Assembly: GCA_016874795.1 (NCBI GenBank)
Contig: VGTG01000001.1
Location: forward strand, 22,735 to 86,734
DNA length: 64,000 nucleotides
Direction: 5' to 3'
Source of the DNA: Deltaproteobacteria bacterium
Lineage (GTDB): Bacteria; Desulfobacterota; Binatia; UBA12015
Below the pieces are notes generated by a model. The model was not told the DNA's origin. It saw only the letters and a program-made list of their open reading frames with translations, and ran no database searches. How positions within the stretch are numbered: the first letter of the stretch is position 1; every line of letters begins with the position of its first letter. Shown here piece after piece: positions 16,655 through 25,714 of the stretch. A program made the translations under genes and the position numbers.

Positions 16655-17070
16655 CGGAGCACGGCGCCCGCGATCGCGAGGAGCAGCGACGCGATCGAGA
16701 TCGTGTTCAGCATCGCGGAGGCGCGGTGCAGCCGGTCGAACCGCGGATCTTCGGCGTCGAGCCCCTCGTAGCGCGGCAGCAGCACCTCCCCTCCGACGAG
16801 CGAAGCGACCACGGCGACCGCGACCGGAACGGCGAGTCGCGCGAGCTCGGCTTCGGCCAGGCCCTCGCGCCCGAGCAGCAACGCCGCGAGCGCGACGAAG
16901 CCGAGAGCCGTGCCGACGCGATACGTCCGCCGGAACATCGGACGGAGGAAGCGCCGCGCGTCCGCCGACGGAAACGAGCCGTGTGCGACCGGCGTCACGA
17001 CGAAGGAGAGGCAGAGGAGGCTCCCGAACCAGGCGGCGACCGCGAGCGTGAAGATCAGCCGAAGCGGCAT
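16651..17070 (-). CDS. DUF4149/TMEM205-like 4-TM membrane protein (139 aa)
   Basis: ATG at 17070. MPLRLIFTLAVAAWFGSLLCLSFVVTPVAH is typical of DUF4149, and there are four hydrophobic segments. Confidence 0.6.
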   Translation of the reverse strand: MPLRLIFTLAVAAWFGSLLCLSFVVTPVAHGSFPSADARRFLRPMFRRTYRVGTALGFVALAALLLGREGLAEAELARLAVPVAVAVVASLVGGEVLLPRYEGLDAEDPRFDRLHRASAMLNTISIASLLLAIAGAVLR

Positions 17071-17133
17071 TTCGGCTTCGATACCGCGATGCCATCCGAT
17101 AGGGAAATCCCGGGGACCGGAAGGTCGCCTTCG

Positions 17134-17850
17134 ATGAGACGCACGCGAAGCACGACGAGAAGAGACGCGGCCGACACCGCGGCACTGGCGGCGGCGCTCG
17201 ACGAGCGCGGTCACGCACGTCTTCCGGGCCTCCTCGACGCGAGCGCATGCGAGCGTCTCATCGCGCTCTACGCGGAGCGCGAACGCTTCCGGAGCTTCAT
17301 CGACATGCGGCGGCATCGCTTCGGCGAAGGCGACTACCGCTACTTCGCGCATCCGCTTCCGCCGATCGTGCAACAGCTTCGCGAGCGGCTCTACGCGGCG
17401 CTGGCACCGATCGCGAACGCGTGGGAGGAGCGGCTCGAAACGGGGCGCTCGTTCCCGCCGCGTCTCGAGAGCTTCCTCGCCGTCTGCCGACGAAGCCGCC
17501 AGAAGCGGCCGACGCCGCTCCTCCTCCACTACGAGGCAGGCGGCTACAACTGCCTGCACCAGGACCTCTACGGGCCGGTCTACTTCCCGCTGCAGGTCGC
17601 GTGTCTTCTCTCGCGACCCGGCCGCGACTTCGAGGGCGGCGAGGTGCTGCTCGTCGAGCAGCGGCCGCGAAGCCAGTCGCGCGGCGAGGCGATCGTGCTG
17701 GAGCGGGGCGAAGGGCTCGTCTTTCCGTGCCGCGAGCGGCCGATCGAAGGTGCGCGCGGCGCGTACCGGGCGCGCGTGCGCCACGGCGTGAGCACGCTTC
17801 GGTCGGGCGAGCGCTTCACGCTCGGCATCATCTTCCACGACGCCGAGTGA
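17134..17850 (+). CDS. 2OG-Fe(II) oxygenase (prolyl-hydroxylase-like) family protein
   Basis: LHQDLYG (HxD), a distal His/Arg region (RVRHGVSTLRSGERFTLGIIFHDA), and ATG at 17134 with GGAAGG 9 nt upstream. Confidence 0.78.
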   Translation: MRRTRSTTRRDAADTAALAAALDERGHARLPGLLDASACERLIALYAERERFRSFIDMRRHRFGEGDYRYFAHPLPPIVQQLRERLYAALAPIANAWEERLETGRSFPPRLESFLAVCRRSRQKRPTPLLLHYEAGGYNCLHQDLYGPVYFPLQVACLLSRPGRDFEGGEVLLVEQRPRSQSRGEAIVLERGEGLVFPCRERPIEGARGAYRARVRHGVSTLRSGERFTLGIIFHDAE

Positions 17851-18138
17851 GCGAGTCTTCGCGGCTACGACGACGCTGCGACGGCTACGCGGCCGCGGCG
17901 CCCGCGCGTCCGGCGAAGCCGGGAAGACCGTGCGCGGCACCCGAGCGTGCGAGCACGATCGCGGCATGAAGCGCCTTCGCGAACGAAGCTTCGCCGCGGC
18001 GATCTCCTCCTCCGCCAACTTCGCGACCCTCGGCAGGTTACGGGTTTCAGATCACCGTTTTGTTCCCACCTCGTTACCGGATCGTGAAAGAAATCCGCGA
18101 CTTTTTCGAGGACCGCCGCGCCGCGGCCCTGAAGCGTC

Positions 18139-19329
18139 TCAGCCGAAGCGGACCGGGAGACGATCCGGCGAGCGGAACGCGAGCCCGACGATCCGACAGT
18201 CGACGTCCGGGTCGAGGCGCAGCGCCGACAGCCGGTCGAGCATCGCCGAGACCGCGATCCGCGCCTCGACGCGCGCGAGATGCGAGCCGAGGCAGAAGTG
18301 CTCGCCGAAGCCGAAGGCGACGTGGTCGCTCTTGTTCGCTCGATGGATGTCGAAGCGGTCCGGGTCCTCGAAGCGCCGCTCGTCGCGATTCGCGGAGCCG
18401 ACGGAGAGGATCGCGAGCTCCCCCTTCGGCGCGACGTGCCCGTCGATCTCGAAGTCCCGCGTCAGCTCGCGCGAGGTGAACTGGACGGGCGACTCCCAGC
18501 GCAGCGTCTCGTCGATCGCGTCGTCGAGGAGGCTCCGATCCGCGAGCACCTCCTCGAGCTGCTCGCGGTGCGTGAGGAGCGCGTAGAGGACGCTTCCCGT
18601 CAGCCGAAAGGTCGTCTCCGCTCCGGCCGGGAGCAGCAGGCGCAGGAAGCTCAGCACCTCCTCCTCGCTGAGCCGCTCGCCCTCGACCTCGGCGTGCACG
18701 AGCGTGCTCAGGAGGTCCGTCGTCGGCGCATTCCGTCTCTCCTCGAGGATGGGGCGAAGGTAGCCGACGATCGCCTCGGCCGCGGCGAAGCCTTTCCCCG
18801 GGTCGTCGGCGACCGAGATCAGGTCGAGCGCCCACTGATGGAACTCCTCGAAGTCGGAGATCGGGATCCCCATGATCCCCGCCATCACGCGGAGCGGGAA
18901 GGTCATCGTGAACTGTCCGACGAGGTCCGCTTCGCGGTCGCGCTCGAACTTGTCGATCAGGTGGTGCGTCGTCCTCTCGACCTCGCGTTCCACCTCGCCG
19001 CGAAGGGCGCGCAGCGAGAACGACGGTGTGACGATGCGGCGATGGCGCAGGTGCTCCTGGCCCTCCATCTCGAGGATCGTCCGCCCCATGACGAGGCCGA
19101 TGCCGCGGGCGTTGCCGCGCGGCGAGAAGAGCTCGCCGTTCTTCAGGCCAGCGGCGACGTCGTCGTAGCGCGAGACGAGGTAGCTCGTGTCCATCCAGCC
19201 GCTCAGCGCGACGATCGGCCGCTCGCGGCGAAGGCGAGCGTAGACCGGATACGGATTCGGCACGGGGCTCATGACGGAGCCGCCGAAGAGGAGGGTCGCG
19301 TTCTCGACGGAGACGTGGGGTTCGCTCAT
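18139..19329 (-). CDS. Cytochrome P450 monooxygenase (second copy)
   Basis: FGFGEHFCLGSHLA heme loop, ETLRW (ExxR) and AGAETT I-helix. ATG at 19329 with GAGGAG 7 nt upstream. Confidence 0.9.
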   Translation of the reverse strand: MSEPHVSVENATLLFGGSVMSPVPNPYPVYARLRRERPIVALSGWMDTSYLVSRYDDVAAGLKNGELFSPRGNARGIGLVMGRTILEMEGQEHLRHRRIVTPSFSLRALRGEVEREVERTTHHLIDKFERDREADLVGQFTMTFPLRVMAGIMGIPISDFEEFHQWALDLISVADDPGKGFAAAEAIVGYLRPILEERRNAPTTDLLSTLVHAEVEGERLSEEEVLSFLRLLLPAGAETTFRLTGSVLYALLTHREQLEEVLADRSLLDDAIDETLRWESPVQFTSRELTRDFEIDGHVAPKGELAILSVGSANRDERRFEDPDRFDIHRANKSDHVAFGFGEHFCLGSHLARVEARIAVSAMLDRLSALRLDPDVDCRIVGLAFRSPDRLPVRFG

Positions 19330-19360
19330 GGTGTGCTCCTCGCGGGCGGGGGTACGGTGT

Positions 19361-19412
19361 CGTTCGACCGATTGAATCAAACGCTTGATTCCCCGACAAG
19401 TCGATCGGAACG
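19361..19412. promoter_or_regulatory. Imperfect palindrome upstream of P450 #2 (putative operator)
   Basis: The core GAATCAA-acgc-TTGATTC (19374-19391) is nested in an outer CGTTCGACCGATT / (A)ATCGATCGGAACG symmetry. It lies 45-62 nt upstream of the P450 start and is AT-rich for this genome. Confidence 0.3.
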
Positions 19413-19607
19413 ATCGAGCAGTAGTCGTCGAAACACGGAGACGGAGCGCCTACACCGAGACGATGAGCTCCTCCTCCGAAGCAGACGGAGCGGCGCGGTG
19501 GGCGATGCTCGACCTCTTCACGCTCCTCGGGCGCGAGGACCCGCGCGCGGACCGCTACCAGCGCGAGCTCGCGCGCGTCCTCTAGTCGTCGCCGGAAGCG
19601 ACGCTGT

Positions 19608-20882
19608 TCAGCGGACGCGCTCGATGACCGCTTCCGGCGAGCCCGGGGGACCGAGCGGTCCCTCGAACCGAAGGAGCGTGCGCGGAGGATCCGCGGCGAT
19701 CCAGTAGAGCGTGTCCCCCGAGTACCAGCTTTCGCCGACGGCCTCCGCGCCCTGCTTCCAGTTCTCCGGAAGGTCGATCTCGCGCGCCGCCCGGCGCACG
19801 TCGAGCCCGACGCGAATGCGCTGGGCCTTCTCGGCTCGTCCGCGCGTCTGCAGCGTCTCCTCGCCGTCGACGTAGGCGTAGACCGGCAGCGGCATCCCAC
19901 GCCCGCCCCACACGAAGAATCGCACTACCGACTGCTCACCGATCGGGAAGCCCGAGATCGCGAGGCTCAGGCATCGCGCCTCGTACACGTTCGGTGGGAA
20001 CGGCTTTCGCCGGGCGGACCATGTGTCGTGGAACGTCTCCTTCTCGAAGTCGACCCAGCTCTGCTTCGTGCGCGAGCCGTCCGCGGCGAGCTCGACCTCG
20101 CCGTACGAGGTGTTGCGGAGATGTCCGTTCTCGAGCCGGAAGACGCAGCGGATCGAGCTCGTGCGTCCGTCGGCGGCGCGCATCACCTGCTGATAGTCGT
20201 AGAGCGTCTTCCCGCCGCGCTCCGCCTTCGCGAACGCCGTCGGTCCCGGCAGCACGAAGTCGCGGCTCAAGGTTCCCTGCTTCTCGATGTCGACGCGGTA
20301 GAGAGGCTTCTCCTCCTCCCACGGCTCGACCGACGGTGCGGAGAAGGACTCTGCGCCGGCGACACGGACGATCACGTCGTCGGGGCGCTCTTCGCCGACC
20401 AGGCCGGGCGTCTTCACGAGGATGTCGGGCCCGACCGCGATCGCACGCTCGCCTTCGATTTGCACCGGGCGATCGAGACGTCCGATGATCTCCCACTCCT
20501 CGGTAGCCTCGAGCTTCTCGGGTGCGTCGAGCGGCCCCGGAAGCCGCAGCGTCAGCTCGTCGCCGCCGTCCGAGAGAACGACGTAGCTCTCGCCGCCGGC
20601 GGTCCTCCCGACCTTCTCCACCTCGCCCGTGAAGCGGACGCGCGCGCCCGCGAGATCGAGCTCGAGGTCGTCGGAGTGCAGACGGTCGCCGGAGCTCTCG
20701 ACGATCTGCTCGATCTCGACCGGGATCGCCCCGGCGCGCGGCGCCGGAGGCTTCGCCGAAGCATCCGGAGCGCCGAGGGCGAGCTGCGCCGCGCACGCCG
20801 CGGCTGCGCAAAGCACCCGGACGCTTTCCCGCGAGCAGCATCTTCCGAAACGGTGGCGCGCGGTCGACTTGCGCGAATCCAT
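19608..20882 (-). CDS. Secreted protein of unknown function (424 aa)
   Basis: Signal peptide (MDSRKSTARHRFGRCCSRESVRVLCAAAACAAQLALGAPDASA) followed by a non-repetitive, mixed-charge sequence with good third-position GC. No family recognised. Confidence 0.65.
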   Translation of the reverse strand: MDSRKSTARHRFGRCCSRESVRVLCAAAACAAQLALGAPDASAKPPAPRAGAIPVEIEQIVESSGDRLHSDDLELDLAGARVRFTGEVEKVGRTAGGESYVVLSDGGDELTLRLPGPLDAPEKLEATEEWEIIGRLDRPVQIEGERAIAVGPDILVKTPGLVGEERPDDVIVRVAGAESFSAPSVEPWEEEKPLYRVDIEKQGTLSRDFVLPGPTAFAKAERGGKTLYDYQQVMRAADGRTSSIRCVFRLENGHLRNTSYGEVELAADGSRTKQSWVDFEKETFHDTWSARRKPFPPNVYEARCLSLAISGFPIGEQSVVRFFVWGGRGMPLPVYAYVDGEETLQTRGRAEKAQRIRVGLDVRRAAREIDLPENWKQGAEAVGESWYSGDTLYWIAADPPRTLLRFEGPLGPPGSPEAVIERVR

Positions 20883-20978
20883 GGCGTCGTGCGGGCGAGG
20901 GCGCATGGATTTGCTCTTGCCAGACCGGCCGGCCGGTGGCTACCTGGCTCTGGGCCGGCGAAGCCTGCGACCGAAACG

Positions 20979-22841
20979 ATGCTCACCGACGCGAAAGCGG
21001 AGGGCGCGGCACGTCCTGTCTGGACCGCGATCCTCGTCTCGTTCGCGGTCCTCTTGGCCGGCGGGCATGCTTACGCGCGCTGCACGAGCGGAAGCGAGCT
21101 CACGCAGATGGGCGGCAGCTTGCAGGTCGATCTCGCGTGCCGCGCGAGCCGGCTCGGCGGAAGCGGAACGGTGTGCACCCCTCCGGCGACGCCCGCCTGT
21201 GCCTCCGGCGTGTACGACGAGGTTGCGACGCTCGTCTTCGGCCAAGCCCAGGTCGATGCGGCTCTCGGCTTCTCTTCGCGTGCGCTCGCTTGCCAGAGAG
21301 CGATCGCCGTCGGCGCCGCGCGCTTCCTCGAGCGGCGGCTCGACGAGAGGGCGCGCGGGCAACGCCGCGCTCTCTCGGCGCGTGCGATGCGTTTGATCCG
21401 TAGTGCGTGCAGCCGATCGGTCGTGGAAGAGAACGCCAGCAGCCAAATGCTGCCCCGGGTGGGCAGCGAGTGCGCGGATCTCGTCGGCCCGCCGCAGTCG
21501 AGCCTCGATGGCGAAGGCCTCGAGCGCTGCGTGCGCGCCTCTCTCGAGCGCATCGTCGACGATCTCGCTCCCGAGCCGCTTCGCCCGAACGTCGTCGTCA
21601 TCCTCACCGACGACCAGCGCGCGGACAGCGTCGGCGCGATGCCGACGGTTTCGTCGTTGCGCGAAGAAGGCCTCTCGTTCACGAACGCGTTCACGACGAG
21701 CCCGATCTGCACGCCGAGCCGCGTGAGCTTCCTGACGAGCCGCTATCCGCGAAACCACGGCGTCACCGCCAACGCCCCCGTTCAGTTCGACGACACGGAT
21801 ACGCTCGCGACGTGGCTCGCCGCGGCCGGCTACACGAACGGGCTCTTCGGCAAGTACGTGAACGGCACCGACGTCTTCGGCGAGACCGTTCCGCCGGGCT
21901 GGCACGACTGGCACGCCTTCCTCGGCGGCGCCGGCGGCAACTTCTACGGCTTCCGGCTGAACGAGAACGGCACGTTCAAGACCTACGGCGAGAGCAGGTA
22001 CTCGACCGACGTCCTGCGAGGCCGCCTCCTGACGTTCCTCCGAGCGCAGGCCGCAAAGCCCTTCTTCGCGATCTTCACGCCGTTCGCTCCGCACGACCCT
22101 TCCGAGCCTGCGCGCCGGCACGAGGACGCGTTCGCCGACTGGACTCCGATGCACCCGCCGAGCTGGCTCGAGGAGGACCTGTCCGACAAGCCGAGCTGGG
22201 TACGCTTCCTGAAGACGATCCGCGGTCCCGACTGGCCCGCGCAGACGGACGAGAATCATCGCCAGGCCCTGCAGACGCTCGTCGCCGTCGATGAAGCCAT
22301 CGCGAAGGTCCTGGAGAAGCTCGAGAGCCTGGGCCTCGCCGACAACACGGTCGTCGTCTTCACCTCGGATCACGGCGTCCACTTCGGCGAGCATTGGTCG
22401 GCGAACAAGTTCACCGCGTACGAAGAGGCGATCCGCATCCCGTACGTGCTGTGGCACCCGGGTCGAATCCCGGCGGGCGAGACGCGCGACGAGCTCGCAC
22501 TGAACCTCGATCTCGCCCCGACGATTGCAGCGCTCGGTGGAGCGACGCCTTCGCCGAACGCCGACGGGATGAGCCTCGTTCCGCTTCTCGAGACGGGTGG
22601 CGCTCCGTGGCGGGAGGACTTCCTCGTCGAGAGCAGCGGCGAGATCTTCGTCCCGCCGCTCGAGGCCGTGCGCACCGACCGTTGGAAATACGTCGATCTG
22701 GCCGGCAACGGCGGGATCCGCGAGGAGCTCTACGATCTCGCGGCGGACCCCTACGAGCTGCAGAACGTGGCGCAGAACCCCGGCTACGCAGCAAAGCTCG
22801 CCGAGATGCAGGGCCGCCTCGACGCGCTGCGCCAACCCTGA
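20979..22841 (+). CDS. Formylglycine-dependent sulfatase with a roughly 170-aa 8-Cys N-terminal module
   Basis: Sulfatase signature CTPSRVSFLTSR, ILTDDQRAD, and TSDHG. N-terminal TM/signal segment. ATG at 20979. Confidence 0.9.
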   Translation: MLTDAKAEGAARPVWTAILVSFAVLLAGGHAYARCTSGSELTQMGGSLQVDLACRASRLGGSGTVCTPPATPACASGVYDEVATLVFGQAQVDAALGFSSRALACQRAIAVGAARFLERRLDERARGQRRALSARAMRLIRSACSRSVVEENASSQMLPRVGSECADLVGPPQSSLDGEGLERCVRASLERIVDDLAPEPLRPNVVVILTDDQRADSVGAMPTVSSLREEGLSFTNAFTTSPICTPSRVSFLTSRYPRNHGVTANAPVQFDDTDTLATWLAAAGYTNGLFGKYVNGTDVFGETVPPGWHDWHAFLGGAGGNFYGFRLNENGTFKTYGESRYSTDVLRGRLLTFLRAQAAKPFFAIFTPFAPHDPSEPARRHEDAFADWTPMHPPSWLEEDLSDKPSWVRFLKTIRGPDWPAQTDENHRQALQTLVAVDEAIAKVLEKLESLGLADNTVVVFTSDHGVHFGEHWSANKFTAYEEAIRIPYVLWHPGRIPAGETRDELALNLDLAPTIAALGGATPSPNADGMSLVPLLETGGAPWREDFLVESSGEIFVPPLEAVRTDRWKYVDLAGNGGIREELYDLAADPYELQNVAQNPGYAAKLAEMQGRLDALRQP

Positions 22842-22858
22842 CGCGACGCCTTCCCTCT

Positions 22859-22879
22859 CGAAGAGGCCTCGCCTCTTCG
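22859..22879 (+). terminator. Hairpin after sulfatase 1 (weak intrinsic-terminator candidate)
   Basis: CGAAGAGGC-ctc-GCCTCTTCG forms a 9-bp stem 18 nt after the stop codon. No U-tract follows. Confidence 0.3.
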
Positions 22880-23023
22880 ATCGTCCGAAGGTGCACGGCG
22901 GCGACTCTACGCACTCCGTAGGGAGTATTGCGCCCTTGCCAGAGCGATCGAATCGGTGCCTACTGCGCCCACAAGCAACAACCCTGGCCGAGTCATCCAC
23001 CGATCCGCCAACGGAGGCGCTGA

Positions 23024-24856
23024 GTGTATCGTCTGCCCGCGACGCTCGGAGCTCTCGCCATAGCCGCCTTGCTCCAACCGAGCATCGCGGATGCGCGCTG
23101 CGACGCGACGGAGCTCGTGCAGGTCGGGGTGAACGTCCGGGTCGATCTCGCGTGCCGCGCGAGTCGACTCGCTGCGAGCGGCGCCACGTGCACTCCGCCC
23201 GCGACGCCCGCGTGCGCCGCGGGCGCCTACGAGGAGATCGCGGAGATCGTCTTCGGCGATCCGCAGGTCGAGCCCGCGACGGGCTTTTCGTCCAAAGCCC
23301 TCGCGTGCCAGCGTTCGCTCGCTCTCGCGTCGGCGAGGTTCGTCGGAAAGCGTACGCAGGAACGCGCGCAGGGACAGCGCCGCGCGGCTTCCGCGCGAGG
23401 GATGCGACTGGTCGGGAGGACGTGCGGGCGCGCCTTCGTCGAGCAGAACCCGAACGACGCCGTCCTCCCCGCCGTCGGCGGATCGTGCGCGGGCCTGCTC
23501 GGAGCGCCCGACAGCGCGATCGACGGCACGGCGGTCGAGCGCTGTGTCCGCGCTTCGCTCGAGCGGATCGTCGACGACCTCGCCCCCGAAGCGCTTCGTC
23601 CGAACGTCGTCCTCATCTTGACGGACGATCAGCGCGCCGACTCGATCTCGGTGATGCCCACCGTCTCGTCTCTGCGATCCGAGGGGCTCACCTTCACGAA
23701 CGCATTCACGACGAGCCCGCTCTGCACGCCGAGCCGGGTGAGCTTCCTCACCGGCCTCTACGCGCATCACCACGGCGTCCTGGGGAACTGGCTCACGCCG
23801 TTCGACGACACCCAGACGATCGCGACGTGGCTCGCGGCCGCGGGCTACACGAACGGGCTCTTTGGCAAGTATAGAAACGGGGTCGAGAACTTCGGCGAAA
23901 CGGTCCCGCCGGGATGGCACGACTGGCACGCGCTGCTCGGAGGCGCGGGCGGCAACTACTACGGCTTCGGTCTCAACGAGAACGGGACGTTCAAGTGCTT
24001 CGGATCGAGCCGGTACTCGACCGACCTGCTGCGAGGGCGCGTCCTGACCTTCATCCGCGCGCAGGCTTCGCGTCCGTTCTTTGCCATGTTCACGCCGTTC
24101 GCGCCGCACGAGCCGTGGGAGCCGGCGCAGCGTCATCTCGGGCTCTTGTACAACGTGCCGCTGAATCGCCCCCCGAGCTGGCTCGAGAGCGATCTCTCCG
24201 ACAAGCCGACCTGGGTGAAGTTCCTGCGTGCGATCCGCGGCGAGCACTTCGACGATCAGATGGACGAGAACCGCCTCCGCTCGCTCCAGACGCTGCTCGC
24301 GGTCGACGATGCCGTCGCGAAGATCCGCGAGAAGCTGGAGAGCCTCGGAATCGCCGACAACACGGTCATCGTCTACACCTCCGACCACGGAATCCACTTC
24401 GGCGAGCACTGGTTGTCGGGCAAGTTCGATTCGTACGAAGAATCCGTTCGCATCCCCCTGGTCGTGCACCACCCCGGACGCATCCCCGCAGGCGAGACGC
24501 GCGACGAGCTGGTGCTGAGTCTCGATCAGGCGCCGACGATCGCCGAGCTCGCCGGGGCGGCGGTTCCGCAGAGCATCGACGGCGAGAGCTACGCTCCCCT
24601 GTTCCCGGGCGGTGGGATTCCGTGGCGCGACGAGCTCCTGATCGAGAGCCCGGGGGAGTTCATCACGCCGGCGCACGCCTCCGTGCGCACGGCGAGCTGG
24701 AAGTACATCGACCTGGACGCAAACTCGGGCATCACCGAAGAGCTCTACGATCTCGTCGCGGACCCGTACGAGCTGCAGAACGTCGCGCAGAACCCGGCGT
24801 ACGCGAGCGTCCTCGCGGACATGCAGGCCCGCCTCGCGGGGTTGCTGGCGGAGTAG
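23024..24856 (+). CDS. Formylglycine-dependent sulfatase, tandem paralog with the same 8-Cys N-terminal module
   Basis: CTPSRVSFLTGL and TSDHG. GTG start at 23024 with ACGGAGG 6 nt upstream. Collinear with the 20979..22841 product along its full length. Confidence 0.9.
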   Translation: MYRLPATLGALAIAALLQPSIADARCDATELVQVGVNVRVDLACRASRLAASGATCTPPATPACAAGAYEEIAEIVFGDPQVEPATGFSSKALACQRSLALASARFVGKRTQERAQGQRRAASARGMRLVGRTCGRAFVEQNPNDAVLPAVGGSCAGLLGAPDSAIDGTAVERCVRASLERIVDDLAPEALRPNVVLILTDDQRADSISVMPTVSSLRSEGLTFTNAFTTSPLCTPSRVSFLTGLYAHHHGVLGNWLTPFDDTQTIATWLAAAGYTNGLFGKYRNGVENFGETVPPGWHDWHALLGGAGGNYYGFGLNENGTFKCFGSSRYSTDLLRGRVLTFIRAQASRPFFAMFTPFAPHEPWEPAQRHLGLLYNVPLNRPPSWLESDLSDKPTWVKFLRAIRGEHFDDQMDENRLRSLQTLLAVDDAVAKIREKLESLGIADNTVIVYTSDHGIHFGEHWLSGKFDSYEESVRIPLVVHHPGRIPAGETRDELVLSLDQAPTIAELAGAAVPQSIDGESYAPLFPGGGIPWRDELLIESPGEFITPAHASVRTASWKYIDLDANSGITEELYDLVADPYELQNVAQNPAYASVLADMQARLAGLLAE

Positions 24857-24932
24857 ACAGCGCGGTCGAGCCGGACGAGGCTCCACGAAGCCTCGATGAC
24901 AACGCGTCGGACGGCGTGCTAGCACGGGCGCC

Positions 24933-25703
24933 GTGAAGGTCTCCGGCCGGATCGTCGTGGTGACGGGAGCGGCGAGCGGCATCGGCCGCGCTCTCGTTGC
25001 GCGCTTTGCCGTGGAGGGAGCGAAGGCCGTCGTCGCCGTCGATCGCGACGAAGCCGGCGTCCGCGCGGTGGCCGAGGCGCACGGTGCGAAGGCGCTTGCC
25101 GCGGACGTCTCCGTCGAGGCGGACAACCGCGAGATCGTCGAGCGTACGGAGCGCGACGTCGGGCCGATCGACCTCTTCTGCGCGAACGCTGGAATCTTCA
25201 CCGAAGGCGGGTTCGAGGTCCCCGACGACGCCTGGGATCGCATCTGGCGGATCAACGTTCTCGCGCACGTGCAGGCCGCGCGCGCGGTCGTCCCACGGAT
25301 GCTCGCTCGAGGCGGCGGCTACATGCTCCACACCGCTTCCGCGGCGGGCCTCCTTTCCCAGATCGGCTCGGCTCCGTACGCGGTGACGAAGCACGCCGCC
25401 GTCGCCTTCGCGGAGTGGCTCTCGATCACGTACGGCGACCGCGGGCTCAAGGTCTCCGTCCTCTGCCCGCAGGCCGTCAACACGCAGATGACCGCGGGAA
25501 CCGAGAACGGGGGCGTCGCGGGCGTCGACGGCATGCTCGAGCCCGAGCAGGTCGCCGAGACCGTGATCCGCGGTCTCGAAGAGGAGCGCTTCTTGATCCT
25601 GCCGCATCCGCAGGTCCTCGAGTACGCCCAGAGAAAGACGACCGACTACGACCGCTGGATCCGCGGCATGCGCCGCTTGATGGGACGCTTCCTGCCCAGC
25701 TGA
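24933..25703 (+). CDS. Short-chain dehydrogenase/reductase (SDR)
   Basis: TGAASGIGRA cofactor motif and YAVTKHA (YxxxK). Confidence 0.9.
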   Translation: MKVSGRIVVVTGAASGIGRALVARFAVEGAKAVVAVDRDEAGVRAVAEAHGAKALAADVSVEADNREIVERTERDVGPIDLFCANAGIFTEGGFEVPDDAWDRIWRINVLAHVQAARAVVPRMLARGGGYMLHTASAAGLLSQIGSAPYAVTKHAAVAFAEWLSITYGDRGLKVSVLCPQAVNTQMTAGTENGGVAGVDGMLEPEQVAETVIRGLEEERFLILPHPQVLEYAQRKTTDYDRWIRGMRRLMGRFLPS

Positions 25704-25714
25704 GCGGCGGGCCG

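Noticed and set aside
18045-18110. A relatively AT-rich patch between the convergent 2OG-oxygenase and P450 #2 genes, considered as a terminator or small RNA.
   Set aside because: I found no stable stem-loop or conserved motif. The ORFs starting here (18060..18479 on +, 16651..18018 on -) are Arg-rich and antisense to real genes.
19385-19585. A small + strand ORF. The inner 40-aa version runs 19463..19585 (MSSSSEADGAARWAMLDLFTLLGREDPRADRYQRELARVL).
   Set aside because: Codon bias is coding-like, but the ORF is very short, has no convincing RBS and matches no family I recognise. It could be a real micro-protein or a gene remnant, and I cannot support it from sequence alone.
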